Assembly (NCBI GenBank): GCA_013265495.1
Contig: MU058009.1
Span: forward strand, 3,117,780 to 3,179,779
Source of the DNA: Vicugna vicugna
Taxonomy: Eukaryota
Length of the DNA: 62,000 bases
Reading direction: 5' to 3'
Every line of letters begins with the position of its first letter. Position 1 is the stretch's first letter. A program made the position numbers and the translations under genes. Below, in pieces: positions 38,722-51,073 of the stretch. The notes beneath the pieces are model-generated. The model was not told the DNA's origin. It did no database searches and saw nothing but the letters and a program-made list of their open reading frames with translations.

Positions 38722-39843
38722 GTGCCTGTATCAGGAAACCTCACTGAGTTGCATCTCATCTGCAGCTGGGGGCCTGGACATCGAGGGAAGAAAGTCATGC
38801 CCCAGAGGGAGACACACCCCGAAGGGGAACAAAGCCATGGCACCAGGGAGACTCCAGATCCTTTCTGTCTGCCGACCTCGAAGTCCCACTCGCGCATGAG
38901 GAGACCGGTCCCGGGGCAGCCAGCGAAGGTAAGCCGGAGACGGGGTAAAGCAGGGTGTGTGCGGAACCTGGGCGCCCGAGACTCCTCCCACTGGCGCACA
39001 AAGCCAGGGAGGCATCGGCTTTGACGTGGAAGCTGGCTGTCGCTGCCAGCGTTCTGGGTTCTCAGAAGAGGAGACGTTTCTGTTGCCAAATAGACTAGAA
39101 AGTGCTCTTGACAGTAATACTCGGCTGGCTTAGAGGGCTCTGAATTCTGCTGGAATAAGCTTCATGAGCAGTCAGGCCGTGATGCTAACCCACGAACGTC
39201 ACCACGAACGTGACAGGACTCTGCATGGCTGTTTTTCACCGGGAGCAATATTTATGGTGACCCAGGACAGGTGCCTATGCCGTTTTAGATGAAATCAGGC
39301 TCCCGTTCTGAAGGGCTTTCTCTCTAAGGACCAGCTCGTGTCCAGAAGAGGATGGACCAGTCTCTGACAAGTGATGTCTCATGGTTAGTGTATCTGTTTC
39401 TAATAAGCCAAGTTTTATAGTCTGTCAGTGAACTGACTGCAAAGTTATAAAAGTTGATCTCATAAAAGAGAAACATGAGTGGTTGACACATTGTATCTGT
39501 GTCATTCTGTGCTCTGGCAGCTGGGCTGGCCCTCATTTATAGCAAAGGAGGTGACATAAAAGCAGAATAATCAGATTTCAACTCTAACGGGGATTTCTCT
39601 ACCCCGTGGGGCTCTGGAGGGCTAGGACTATTGTGTGAATTCTGGTTTCCAGGGAAATCTATTTTCTGTGTCACTGCTGAGATGTACTTGGTAAATTCCA
39701 AAAGGACTAAGGCAGGATGGAAACGCTTCTGGCTTCTTTAACAACTGGAGTGAGGACTGATAACATATTTGCAGAATAATAACTCAAGAAATAGACTCAA
39801 ACTGACACTCTTTAAGTTTTCAAGACTCTCCCTAATCTCAGCA

Positions 39844-39934
39844 TCTTTCTGAAAATATGATGGATTCAATTTTTACTTTATGACGTGTCTTTCTGAAAAT
39901 ATGATGGATTCAATTTTTACTTTATGACGTGTCT
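39844..39934. repeat. Perfect 44-bp tandem duplication
   Basis: tctttctgaaaatatgatggattcaatttttactttatgacgtg at 39844-39887 and 39888-39931, followed by tct. Confidence 0.97.
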
Positions 39935-40120
39935 GGTTGTTAGGAGAGGTAGAGAAAGAATAGTTCTTCTTAAGAACAACTTCAGTCCTGAACGTCCACC
40001 CCGCTGGGGTCTGATCCTGCTTTGCCACCTGACCAAGACGTACTTCTTTCCCTGGATGCTCTACTTCTTTGCAAAATTTTATTCCAAGCAAAGTTCTCAC
40101 CAGGGATGCAGGGAGAGGCT

Positions 40121-40198
40121 CACCCATCATGTGATGCAGGACAGCCCACCTATCACCTGATGCAGGACAGACCACCCATCACCTGCTGCAGGGACAGA
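40121..40198. repeat. 26-bp tandem repeat, about 3 copies
   Basis: cacccatcatgtgatgcaggacagcc / cacctatcacctgatgcaggacagac / cacccatcacctgctgcagggacaga. Confidence 0.9.
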
Positions 40199-40949
40199 AT
40201 CATTCAAAACCTTCAAAGAAAAAGAATTATTTGTAAACTTACACATGAATGGGAAGGTCATCAGGACCTGAGGCTGCTCCAGGGACCTGTCTTCTCTCTT
40301 TCTTTGTTAGTTTTTATCTTCATAAACCTTTTTCCACTCTCTACCAGCTTGGAATCACCCTCAGCTCCCAATGGCCAATTTGAACCTGGCTATGGATGCC
40401 CCAGCTTTGACTTAACCTCAATATGCCCTTCATTTCACCTCTGCCACTAAGGCCTCAGTCCCCCAGCTCACCTTTTCAGGCCACTGCACAGCTTTGGAGC
40501 CCATAGACCGGCTCCCGCAGGTCCTTTGCTTGCCGCTCGGGCCCGGGTCGTGAGGGCACTGCAGGAACAAGAGGGTTGTGTTGCCGCGGCCGCCAGGCGT
40601 GTAGTGGAGCGTGTTCTCCGAGAGGGGCTGTGCCCTGTAAATAAAGACCAACCTCTTAATAGGCCATTGGCCACCATCCCAGATCTTAAAGACATTGCTC
40701 CATCCTTCCACGACTCAGCTCCAGCTCTCTTTCCAAGCTTCCTTCTAGCCCAGACAAAGCACTGGCCTGTCCTGTGGTCCCTCAGCTGCCTTGCCTCTGT
40801 GGGTTTTCTCCACTTATGGGAAATCTGCTCTCTTCTCCAGCCCCAGCCATTTCTCAAGGCCCGTCCTTTCTGTAAAGCCTTCTCTGATCCTTACAGGGAA
40901 AAAAAGAAAGAAAGAAAAAAGCTGCCCATCCCTGCAGCCCCGCTAAGCC

Positions 40950-41378
40950 TGTCTCGTCGCAGTGCTGCGATGGAGCTTCCCAGCGGAAGGGGAGTCTATC
41001 TCTCCGTCCCTTGAAGCTTGGGCTCGAGCAGGTGGCTTGTTTTGGCTGATGGAATATTAGCCAATATGACATGTGGAGGGGCTTGAAAGGGGCTTGTGTG
41101 TCAGGGTGTGCTCTCTCTCTCACTGATCGGAACCTTTTTTTCCACCAGGAGAGTGAGGCTGGATCATACCTGGAGGCTGAGAGGTCCCCTCCATCCTTGC
41201 CATCCCAGACGGGTGAGTGAGGCCCCCCCCAGATCACCCAGCACTGCTGAGCCAGCCCCGCTGAGCCAGCCCCAGACAGAGCTGCCTGGCCCACCCAAGC
41301 CCTGTGGGAGATGGTAGGTGGGTGTCCTCTGAGCCACTACGTTTTGGCGAGGTGGTTACGTAGTGAAAACAACGTGAG
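40950..41378 (+). mobile_element. MaLR LTR (MLT1G/H-like)
   Basis: ggagtctatctctccgtcccttgaagcttgggct...ggcttgttttggctgatggaat...gagccactacgttttggcgaggtggttacgtag. Confidence 0.75.
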
Positions 41379-41659
41379 GCATGCCCTCCGTGCTCCCTCA
41401 TGTTGGGGTCTCTCCTTTTCTGAATCCCCGTAGTACTTTGTCAGTGTCTTTCATTAGACATTTGTCGCTTTCTACATTTTCTCATCATCATTTACGGAAA
41501 TACTTCCCATCAGTGGGAGAATAAACTGCTTGAGGGCTGAATTCATGCTTAGCTGTCTTTGCTTTTGGCCCAGCTTCCACTCCCACAGCATTTCTTTAAA
41601 CCCTGACATGGAGCGAACACCCAAATGTGGTAGTGGGGTGAATCAGTGAAGGAGGGGCG

Positions 41660-41850
41660 ACAGGGTGCAATGAGGAAGAACACAGATTTTGGAATTCCTG
41701 GGTTAAAACCCCAGTTCTTCCACTTACGATGTCTTCCCGGGAAAGTTATTAAGCTGTTTTATTTTACCTCAGTTTCTTCATCTGTAAAATGGGGACAACA
41801 GCAGAACCACCTCATGAAGTTGTTCTAAGGATGAAATGAGGTGACGTAAG
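41660..41850 (+). mobile_element. MIR SINE
   Basis: cctgggttaaaaccccagttcttccacttac...cctcagtttcttcatctgtaaaatgggg...cacctcatgaagttgttctaaggatgaaatgag. Confidence 0.88.
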
Positions 41851-41959
41851 CCATCAGTGCTGCCTCTAGTCTGGTGCGCCAAGGCCACACTCACTGGCAG
41901 CGCCATTCCCCACTTCCACCAAATGTCATCTTATCAAAAAGAATTAATCAATCAATAAA

Positions 41960-42068
41960 TTCAATTTAAAAACTTGAGATGTAATTGACATATGACACTG
42001 AGGAAGTTTAAGGTGCACAGCGTGTTGGTTTGATGCACTTACATATTGTAGCATGACTGTCACTGTAG
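41960..42068 (-). mobile_element. LINE-1 extreme 3' fragment
   Basis: ttgagatgtaattgacatatgacactg...gtttaaggtgcacagcgtgttggtttgat. Confidence 0.7.
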
Positions 42069-43299
42069 CCACCAGGCTTGAATCTCATCTACCGAGTAAC
42101 GGATCTGACTGACAATCAGCGAGGCCAGTGAGTCAGACTGAACAGAGGTGGCTGGACTCTCCACAGCTCGTCCCCTGCTTTGGAGCGGAGGGAAATTTAA
42201 AAGGAGAGGGTTGTTAAAAGCACAGCTTTGGAGCCATTTGGACCAAGGTATGAGTCCTCGCTCTGTCTCTCTCTCCTCGGGGGCCCTGGGGAGACCGCCT
42301 ACCTCTCTGCGTCCCCATTTCTCCACCTTCAGCAGGTGAATGACGGTCACTCCTCCTCCACGTCCTCCTGCTGTTTCTGCTGCTCCTCTCTGCGTGGCAG
42401 TGGCTGCGCGGTCTGGCCTGAAGGAGGCACTTATGCCGGTGTATCGGCCCAAGCGACCATTTTCAATTCAACTAATTAAGGACTGCCTGGAAGCACCGGC
42501 CTCGTCTCCTGTAACCTTCGTTTTGCAGTGGCTGTTGAGCTCCCCCTCTATGGACGGCGGCCATCTGCACAGCCCGGAAACGCCGCCTCCGCCCTGGACG
42601 GCCGCACCGACCGTCGACCGTCAAAGGGAACGTAAGAGAGTGGTGTTTGAGCACGCAGCTGCTCTGGACTCTCGATTTAACCTCCCAAATATCTTTAACT
42701 CCGTCCGTCCCTACAGCTCCCGCCCCAGCCCGAGCGCCTGTCCTCTCTTACCTAGACATCTGCCATTGCTTCCTTCTTACTTGCGATTCGCCGAGAAAGC
42801 AGAGCCCACGAGCACTTCTGCGCTGGCCGTCAACTTAGGAGTAAGCCCCGAATCAGCAGTGGGGGCAGGCAGAGTGGGAGAAGAGGGAATGTCAACCGAG
42901 AGCGTGTAAGTGAGGTCACCGCCGTGGGAACCTCGCACCCGCCTGGGGCCGTCTGAAGGGTGCACCCTGGTTGCCCAGGGGGGGGCCTTTGCCATTGGCT
43001 CCCGTTCCCACTGGCCGAGGGCTGCTCCTGGAAGCGTGGACTCCCCTGCACTTCAGATCATTCCCACATGCGCACCGGCAGCTTCCCCGGCACCGGTGTC
43101 ATTGGAGAAGCCCTGGGGGAGGACGCACTTGAGGCTGGGCCGTTGTGTGAGGCCACTGAAGCCCACGTGGGAGTGTCCACCATGGCCATGGCTGTGGCCC
43201 AGCTCAAAGGGGATGCCAAGCAGGTGTGGGGCAGACCCCCAAGTCTTCTAGTAGTCTCCTAACTGCCCTACCCTCACCGGTACCGGCGCCTCGCTCCTC

Positions 43300-43670
43300 C
43301 TACACCGCAGCTACAAGTGACTATGTTTTCAAAATGTGAAATGGATCTGTTGCTTATACCCACCCTCACAACTGTCAGGGCTAAAATCAGTTCTGTGGAT
43401 AAAGATCGCAGTCCTGAGATGGCCCAGGACGCCTTGCACCAGCCTTTGCTACCTCTGCCCATGGCTTCTGCGTCTTCTCCTCCCACCCCCCACCTCACTC
43501 CCTGTAAATGGGCCACTCTGCCTGCTTGTCATCTCATCAAAAGTGCTGTGCACACGCTGACCACAGGGCCTTTGCACAGGCAATCCCTTCTTTCACTAGC
43601 AACCCCCTATTTGTCCTTCGCCTCTCAGCTCAAGCACCACTTCCACAGAGGAGTCTTTTAAACCTCATCT
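43300..43670 (+). mobile_element. L2 LINE fragment
   Basis: ttttcaaaatgtgaaatggatc...cagggcctttgcacaggcaatccct...tctcagctcaagcaccacttcc. Confidence 0.6.
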
Positions 43671-43821
43671 CTGGGACGGGCCAGGGTCCCTTGCCAAGCC
43701 TGTTAGACACACATGGTCTCCTTGCAGAGGAACTAGTGTCAGCACTTACCCAGTGTGTGTGTGTGGGGGGGTTGTAGTTGGAGGGCCAGTCTGGGAGGGT
43801 GACCGACTTCTTGCGGCACAG

Positions 43822-43910
43822 CCTTTGGGACTTTTGGGACCTTTGGGACCTTTGGGACCTTTGGGTCCTTTGGGACCTTTGGGACCTTTGGGTCCTTTGG
43901 GTCCTTTGGA
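43822..43910. repeat. 9-bp tandem repeat (CCTTTGGGA/T), about 10 copies
   Basis: cctttggga cttttggga cctttggga cctttggga cctttgggt ... Confidence 0.97.
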
Positions 43911-44624
43911 AATGTACACCATGTTCTCATGTTACCAACTAGAGCTATTAGGTAATTACAAATAAATCAAAGCAATGAGACGACTGCAAAACCCTGACTG
44001 GCTGACTGAGCTTTCTGGTTCCTGTGTTACCAGTAAAGGCTGCTCCTCGAGGTCCTGCCTGTCCCAGGTCTCCCTCTTCTGAGCCCGCTCGCTGCCGAGG
44101 TGGGTCGCACTGTCAGCGTGGGACGCGGCTTAACTCTCTTCGCGAGATGAGATGGGCCGGGAGGACGCATCTTCCTGGTTCTCTGAGTGTGTGTCTTGCC
44201 CTTTAGTCAAGATCTGTGCTCCACCCACTTGCTAACGGGCTCACGCCGGCTGGGAGCCTGGGGTGCCGGGCGGGGGCGCGTCCGAGCGTGAAGCTTGCAG
44301 GGCTCTTTCCCGGCAGCACTGCGCACGTCTCTCCCCTGACCGGGGACATCACGAATCGCAGCCCATAAACCTGACTTTCAAACTCTCTGGCAACTGAGAC
44401 CAAAAACGGGGGGAAGTTCTTGGATTTGGAAAAATGATCTCCAGGAGCATGTCTGAGTTTCCTGAGGTTCAGGAGGACCTGCGAGGTTTTAGGCTTCCTA
44501 ACCTGCACTTGTTTAGTGAGTCTGGACACGTGCACACACCCCGCCGGCGACCACCCCCTGTTCTCAAAGTAACCGCCCTGCCGTCACCTCCACAAGTGTC
44601 CTTGTGTCCCTTTGACGGTGTTGT

Positions 44625-45190
44625 GTGTGTAGTGACGACACTTAGCATGAGGTCTACTCCCTTGACAGGCTTCCTTGCTTTTGTTGTTGTTTGTTTTGGG
44701 GGAGGTGGGGGTAATTAGGTTATTTACTTATTTAATGGAGGTACTGGGGAGAGAACCCAGCATCTTGCGCACACTCAGCGTAGCGCTCTACCCCTGGGCT
44801 CTGCCCTCCCCGCTTCTTAACAGGCTTCTAGGTGCACAGCACAGCCTTGTGGACGACCAGCCCCACGCGACAGCAGCTCTCTAGCCCTAATTCATCTCGC
44901 GAGACTGAAACTTCATACCCACCGCACAGCCATGCCCCGCTTCCCCCTCCCCCGGCTCTGGGAGGCCCTGTTCTGCCCTCTGCCGCTGTGACTATTTCAG
45001 TTTCCTCAGTAAGGGGCATCGTGTGGTGTTTGCCCTTCTGTGTCTGGCTTACTTCATGGGGCATAATGTCCTCTGGGTCCATCCATGTTGTCACAAATGG
45101 TCCTCAATGTCCATGCATAGTTGGATGGATAAGGAAGGTGTGGTACATACATACAGTGGAGTACTACTTAGCCGTTAAAAAGAAGGGAAT
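44625..45190 (-). mobile_element. 5'-inverted LINE-1 3' end (L1MA/MB-like) carrying a SINE; inverted plus-strand piece at about 45101-45190
   Basis: Minus ORF 44828-45094 (TTWMDPEDIMPHEVSQTQKGKHH) is the L1 ORF2 end/3' UTR; then plus-strand ggatggataaggaaggtgtggtacatacatacagtggagtactacttagcc. Confidence 0.85.
44675..44812 (-). mobile_element. tRNA-Ala-derived SINE (camelid vic-1-like)
   Basis: gggggtaattaggttatttacttatttaatggaggtactgggg...gaacccagcatcttgcgcacactc...gctctacccctgggctctgccctcccc; TSD cttgacaggcttc/cttaacaggcttc. Confidence 0.88.
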
Positions 45191-45194
45191 CAGC

Positions 45195-45445
45195 CCCTTT
45201 CTTCTTCACTCATTCCTGTCTTTAAGCTCTTCCCCCTCAAAACACTCTGTTGTTTGTTTTACTTACTTACTCTCCTTTGCCTTGGTTTTCGCTCCCTCCT
45301 TCCCTCCCTCTACCCATTCTTCCCCTGTCCCCTCCTCCTGCCTCCCTTACTCCCTCCCTCTCTCTTTCTTGTCTGCTCTCTGTTCTCTTTTCTCTCCCCC
45401 CACCCTGTGTATCCCCACCTTTCACACATCCTTCCACAATCTTCC
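45195..45445. repeat. Pyrimidine-rich low-complexity tract
   Basis: CT-rich stretch (ccctccttccctccctct...ccctccctctctctttctt). Confidence 0.8.
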
Positions 45446-48400
45446 TACTGCTTTAGTGCAATGTAAACGACTTGAAAGGGAACAGAACCCAGCTGTCACA
45501 GAACATTCCTTCCCTTCCCCAGCCCTTTCCCCAGGGCTCCAGAATCTTTCCAGCCCACTCAGCTCTCTCTGTAGGCAGTCCGTCTCTGTAGATGTGCCTG
45601 GGGCATCCCTAATAGGAGCCTGGGAGCACTTTCCCCTCGGGCTGCTTGGGGAAGCGGGGTGTCACCCACCTGCCCCCCCACACTGTGCTGTCTGGAACCT
45701 CCCGGCTGGGTGCATCTGAGGCCCAAAGCCACATTCTCTGTCAGGCCCAGGGCAAGTGAAGCATCACCCTCCTCTTCTGTGCCCCAGCCTCAGACAGCTG
45801 CTCCCCACTGCAAGCACGTGACTGATGGAGCCCATCCAGGGAAACCCGCCTCGACGTGTGTTGTAGGCAGAGCCACGAAGGATCCCAGTTGAAACAGCTT
45901 TGGCAACAACCCAGCACAAAGGTCTTTGAAAGAAAGTTGCCCTTATCTGTAAGAAGAGCAGAGCCAGTGGTTAACAACTTCATTACACTTTATCTCCAGA
46001 GGGGCGTGGAGAAGGGAGGCCTGGGAGTGATTTCCATGTAGATAGACCCCATCCTGAGGTTTGCAGAGTCTCCGTGTCACCCACAGTCGAAGTCCCTTTT
46101 TCTTTTTGCTCCAGAGAGGAAAAATAAAAACACAAATCTGCCCACTTACGGATCAGTGCATCTCATGCTGTTCAACAGCAGACAGCACTGGGATGCCTCT
46201 GAGCTGTCCTCATTACTGGGGATCTCAGTGCAATGGGCAGGGCTCTGGCAGCCTTTCTGTCCGATGAGGCCAGACCAGACTTCTTTGGGATCCTTCCCAA
46301 GTCAGTCTGGGGGCCAGAGGGTATCAGCTGGTGCTCCCAGAGCAATGCACCATGGGAAGTCTGCCGTTTTTCTTCTTGTTTGGCCCTCTTTGGAATTTGT
46401 GTCTGAGAGGAAGGTCCTAGGATGCTTGCAGATGAGGCTTGTGGATTGGGACCTTGGGGAGAGACGTTTTGAGATGCCGTGAAACACTGAGCAACTTTAC
46501 TTTACAAACTACAACCACTTGTTCTTAATTCGGGAAGTCCTTCCTCATACAACTTTCTGTGGAGTGAGGTGAGAAGTTTCCAAGGCCTTGCCCATCTCTG
46601 CTGCCCCTGGAGAACCATCAGCGGCACCTTCTCACCTGAGTGTTTCTCTGGGCAAACGGGGCGCGGTGCCTCTCAACACAGGGAGGTGGCACAGGCTCTG
46701 TGACCCTGAAAAGCACGTCCGGCCTTGTCCCGGGTTAGGGGTCACTTTTGGAAGGCGCCCTGAGGCCTTAATTCGTTCTTACCTCCTTTTCTCAGGTTGA
46801 AGAGGCAGGAATGAAATGCCGGGGGGCGAGACACGCCCCGCACCATGCCAGGTGCCCTTTGAGGAAGGAGCATTACCCTGAAGGGGAGCTGACACCCCAC
46901 GGTAAATTTGGGGCCGCCCTTGGGAGTCTCCCGGGGGCGAGGCCAGGCGGTGGGCTGACTCGAGCCCTGACGTCCCTCCTGCTTCTCTGGAAGTCGGCTG
47001 AGCCTGTTGGTGGCCACCTGCCATGCCCGGAGGGCGTGAGTGCTGTCTCTCGGGGGTTCACCATGGCCCTCGGTCTGACCTTCGACTCTCCTGGGCGGCC
47101 TTTAATGAGTGCTTGTCCCCAGGTCTGGGCGCTGGGTAGGTTCCTACCCACAGCCGGCTGCCACCGCCTGGAGGTGCCCAGAACCGAGCAGCCCCCTAGG
47201 CTCTGGGCCCTCTCGTGCAGGGGCAGGGATCGGGGGACGGAGGGAGCGCGTCAGGGCTCGTGACTGGGGCCTGAGGCCGAGGCTGTTTCTTCCGGCTCTG
47301 GGTATCGGGGGCTCGTGCCAGCGCAGCTTCCGTCCTGGGATAGACCTGAACCCCCGTGGAGGTCTCACCACCAAGCCGGATGCAGGAAAGGAAGGGGGCG
47401 TCCTTCCTGTCACCCTTGACTTATCAGGCCCCGCCTTCTTGTGCATACTATGCCCACGATGCTAAAACCACCGCATGTTCCCCAAGCATCATTGGTGGAG
47501 ACCTGAGGTGCTGTTCCCAGCTGCTCCTCTGGGCCCCTGTAATTGCCCCGCACCCTGGTATCCCCATGACGTGCTGCCCCCATGGGGAAGGAGGGACACT
47601 GGCCCTTTGGAAAGACTCTCAGTGATGCCGGAGCAGAAGTGAACTGGAAGGCGGACGGAACCTCTGCCTGACCCTGTCTCCAAGCGCAGCTGTTTTTCAG
47701 TGGTCCCCCAGGGAGGAGAGCTGGCTCCTGGTGCGGCATCCTCCGTGGGCCTCCTACACCCCACCAGTGGGCGGATTGCTCCAGGAGGATCCTGGGCCTC
47801 GTGGGCCCTCTTTGTTTGTCTCTATCACCCGACATCAGGCTCCTTCCAGCCCTGCCTGGCTCACCTTGACTGCAGCCTTCACGCTCAAGCCCTTGATCGG
47901 ATCCTCTCTTTGACTTGTGCTGACAGCACACCTTCATAGCCCCGGGGTCCCGGCTGCACTGGGCTCTGGACCAAACACCAGGCACCATCCCCCAACCCCG
48001 CAGGCGAGTGTAGACAGGAAGTCTCTACAATGCCAAGCGGCCTCTGTGCGAGCGCACGGCCGAGAGTGACCCTGCTGGCGGAGCTGGGCCTGCGGGCCCA
48101 GGGCGGTGCAGCGTGTCCCGTTGCTCTGCTGTTTGACCCGGTTCACACTTGGCTGAGGCTGGAGCCCAGGCGGCAGGCCCGACTCAGCTGTGTCCTCTGG
48201 CCTCACACAACATCTCTGTCATGAAACTTGGCAAGGGACTGCTCAGCTCCTTCTGTTCCTTCAGAACAGGGGTCAGGGACGGAGGTGCTCTGGGCAGTCT
48301 GTCTGGAAGAATAAGGTTGAGGCTGGGAAGGTGGGATTTCAGTAGCTCCGGGGGTTTGATGCGCAGGGAAAGGAGAGGGGGCTCCTGGCGGTCCCACTCT

Positions 48401-48584
48401 AGCGCTGAAGCACAGACACCCTGGGGTTGAGCGCTCTGACACGGGCGGCGGATCTGTTAAGCCAGTCTGGGGAGGCTGTTTAAGTCTTGGCGACGGCCAG
48501 CTCCCCAAGGGCAGTGACCACATCATGTATTTATTTGAATTCCCTCACGTAACTCAGCACAGCACTTTGCCTGTAGCTGACAGA

Positions 48585-48775
48585 CCAGCTTGATGGTCCA
48601 GAGGGTGCAGCCTGGAGCCAGGCTGTCTGGGTTCACACATGCATGCAGCCTGGTGACCTGGGCAGGCCGACCACCCTCTCTGTGCCTCAATGTGCTCATC
48701 TGCTAAATGGAGACAGTGAGAGACCCTGCCTGCCTCATCCGGTGGTTGTGGTTGTTCAGAACTGCGCTTGGCACT
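48585..48775 (+). mobile_element. MIR SINE
   Basis: ctggagccaggctgtctgggttcac...gtgacctgggcagg...ctctctgtgcctcaatgtgctcatctgctaaatggaga. Confidence 0.8.
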
Positions 48776-51059
48776 CCTGCTGCTCCCGTGAGGGAGGGGC
48801 AGGAGCTGGCAGAGCGGAGAGCGGGAATTCAGGGGGCATTATGCCGCGGGGTGCCCGAGGGCTTAGCCTTGGGCCCTTGTCTCCAGAGTGTAGTATTTAA
48901 CCTGGTATTGTGCCAATTATTTTACATGTTGGGGAGTTTTGAAATGACTTAAATCACGTGACCAGGACAGCTCAGAAGAAGCTAGCCTGAGCACTGAAGC
49001 TCTCCACCGCGAGGAGTTAGCAAGGACCAGCCTCGTACTTCCTGGGCCCACGCCCGGGCGGGAATGTGTGGCGCTGTGCGCCGAGGGGCTGCAAGCGCCC
49101 GGGCAGCTCTGGGTTACACCGCTCAGCTCCGCGTGGGACCCGTGGCCAGCATCTGTCAGGTGGTTTGTCAGGGCTGGAGGAGCCCTGGGGCCACAGCCCA
49201 GAATGCAGCTCAGACCAGTCCCCAGGCGTTGCTGGCCCAAGGTTCCAGCCACCTGGGAAAGCTGGCCGGAGGACAGAGAATCACAGCCCCAGTCACAGGC
49301 CAGGTGTGTGGGGAAGGGCCTACAAGTGACCATGCTGGGTGTCTTGCGGAGAGGAGGGGGCTCTCGCTCCTCGAAGCCCTGCCCACAGAGAGCATCACCA
49401 GGCGTGGGCGGCGGGCCTCCGCCGCGTCCTCCCCTGGGCCGGGCTCCCGTGGTGCAGCCGCCGCCCCCGCCAAGCCCTGCGCTGCCCGAGGAGCGCTGGC
49501 AGGACGATCACCAGCTCGGCCGTTAGGAATCATTTTGAGACTGAAGACAGTTAAGCTGGGCAAGACGCCCGCCCCCAAACTCCGCCCCATCCTTTGCCCC
49601 CCCAGCCCCTGTTCTCTCCTTCTCGTCACCTTTTCTATCCATCCATGGGCGGCTGAGAACATCGGCCAGCCAAGCCCTAGATCCAAAGGCACCCACTCAG
49701 TCCTGTGATCTGGAGACTCCGGGTGCTGCGGAAGGGGAACTGGATTCTGGAAGCCTCTCTGCCCTGGGAGGCGGGGCCGGACGCAGCTGAGGCCCCGCCA
49801 TCTGTGCGAGGAGTGCCGCTGGCCAGGAGCGTCCTCCCCGGCGTGGTCCCGCTCTGGGCAGCAGGCTCCTGCACTGCGGGAGCAGGTGTGGAAACTGAGG
49901 CACAGCTCAGGGAGGCTGTGGGCAGCCTCGCATCCGCCCCTCAGGCTCTGAGGTCCAGCGAGCTCAGCATCACATCTGAAGAAACTCCGCAGACAGCTCG
50001 GGCTCGCCCTGCAAAGGCAGGACCAGCTGGAGGAGGGTCTGGAGCCTCAGGGACCCTGGGGGAGCCAGGAAGGGATGCCGGGACGATTCCGGTCCCTCTG
50101 GTTCCCAGGCTCCACACTGCCCTCCATCTCTCAGAGCGTCCGTCTCCCCGCAGCCCATTTTCCCACTGCTGTGCCCCCAGGACTAGGGCTGTGCCTGGCA
50201 CACGGCGGCCTCTCAGCACACATGCCTTGACCGGGGACTGACAGTGTCCGTCTCTGTGGCGTTGTGGGGAGGAGCGGCAGGGGCTCTCAGGGGTCCACAC
50301 CCGTCTGTTTCAGTTCTAAAAGGCCCTGGGGGTGGGGGTGGGGGCCTAGGAAGCGAGTGCTCTGTACCTGTGAGGTTCCCAGCCTCTGTCTGCTGTGCCC
50401 GCCTGCCTTTACCCTACAGTGCTACCCCCACCCTGCCACCCGGTTACCACGGCTTCCCCCCTCCCCAGCCTTTGATGTTAAGGTGCCCATGTTCAATCCC
50501 ACCTTGCTTTTTTGCCTTAAGTATCAAAACCTTAAGCTAAAGAAATTAATCTCTAAGATGACTGTTTCCAGTCATCAAGAGCAGAGAGGAAGGCCTGTCT
50601 TGGGGATGGGGTGGCGATGGAGACTTCCAGGGGCAGAGCAAATGCCCCTGAGACCCAGCTCCCCAGGCCCCTGCCCGCCCCACCCAGAGCTTCCTGTGTT
50701 ATCTCGACGGGGTGGGGGAAAGTGACTCAGAGCCGACGCGGTTTCCCGCGCAGCCCATGCTGAGTGGGAAGCTGGCAGCAGCCGGGGTGCCGGGCGCTGA
50801 GCAGAAGCAGCCCAGGCGTGCCTTTCTTCTCAGAGCAGCCCCTCGCTGCGGCCAGTCCCCCTGGGCAGCACTCGGTGAGGGCGGCCGCCCTGCCCACCTT
50901 CCCAGCTGCCTGGGTGCGGCCTGGGGAGGGGAGGCTGGGCTGCGAGGACACAGGATTTCCATTTCAGGCAGCATTTGGGGAGAATACTGTTCCACTTGCT
51001 CATTTTTCTTAGTCCTCCCCCTAAAACTTGATTCAATCTGCTGTGGATGGGAAAGGCTG

Positions 51060-51073
51060 GTTTCCATAGCAAC
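51060..51073. promoter_or_regulatory. RFX X-box
   Basis: gtttccatagcaac. Confidence 0.7.

Noticed and set aside
43753..43965. Collagen-like Gly-X-Y exon
   Set aside because: It is a pure 9-bp DNA tandem repeat with almost no codon diversity and no other collagen exons nearby
44832..45719. 295-aa ORF with hydrophobic stretches
   Set aside because: It runs through antisense L1, an inversion junction and a CT-rich low-complexity tract
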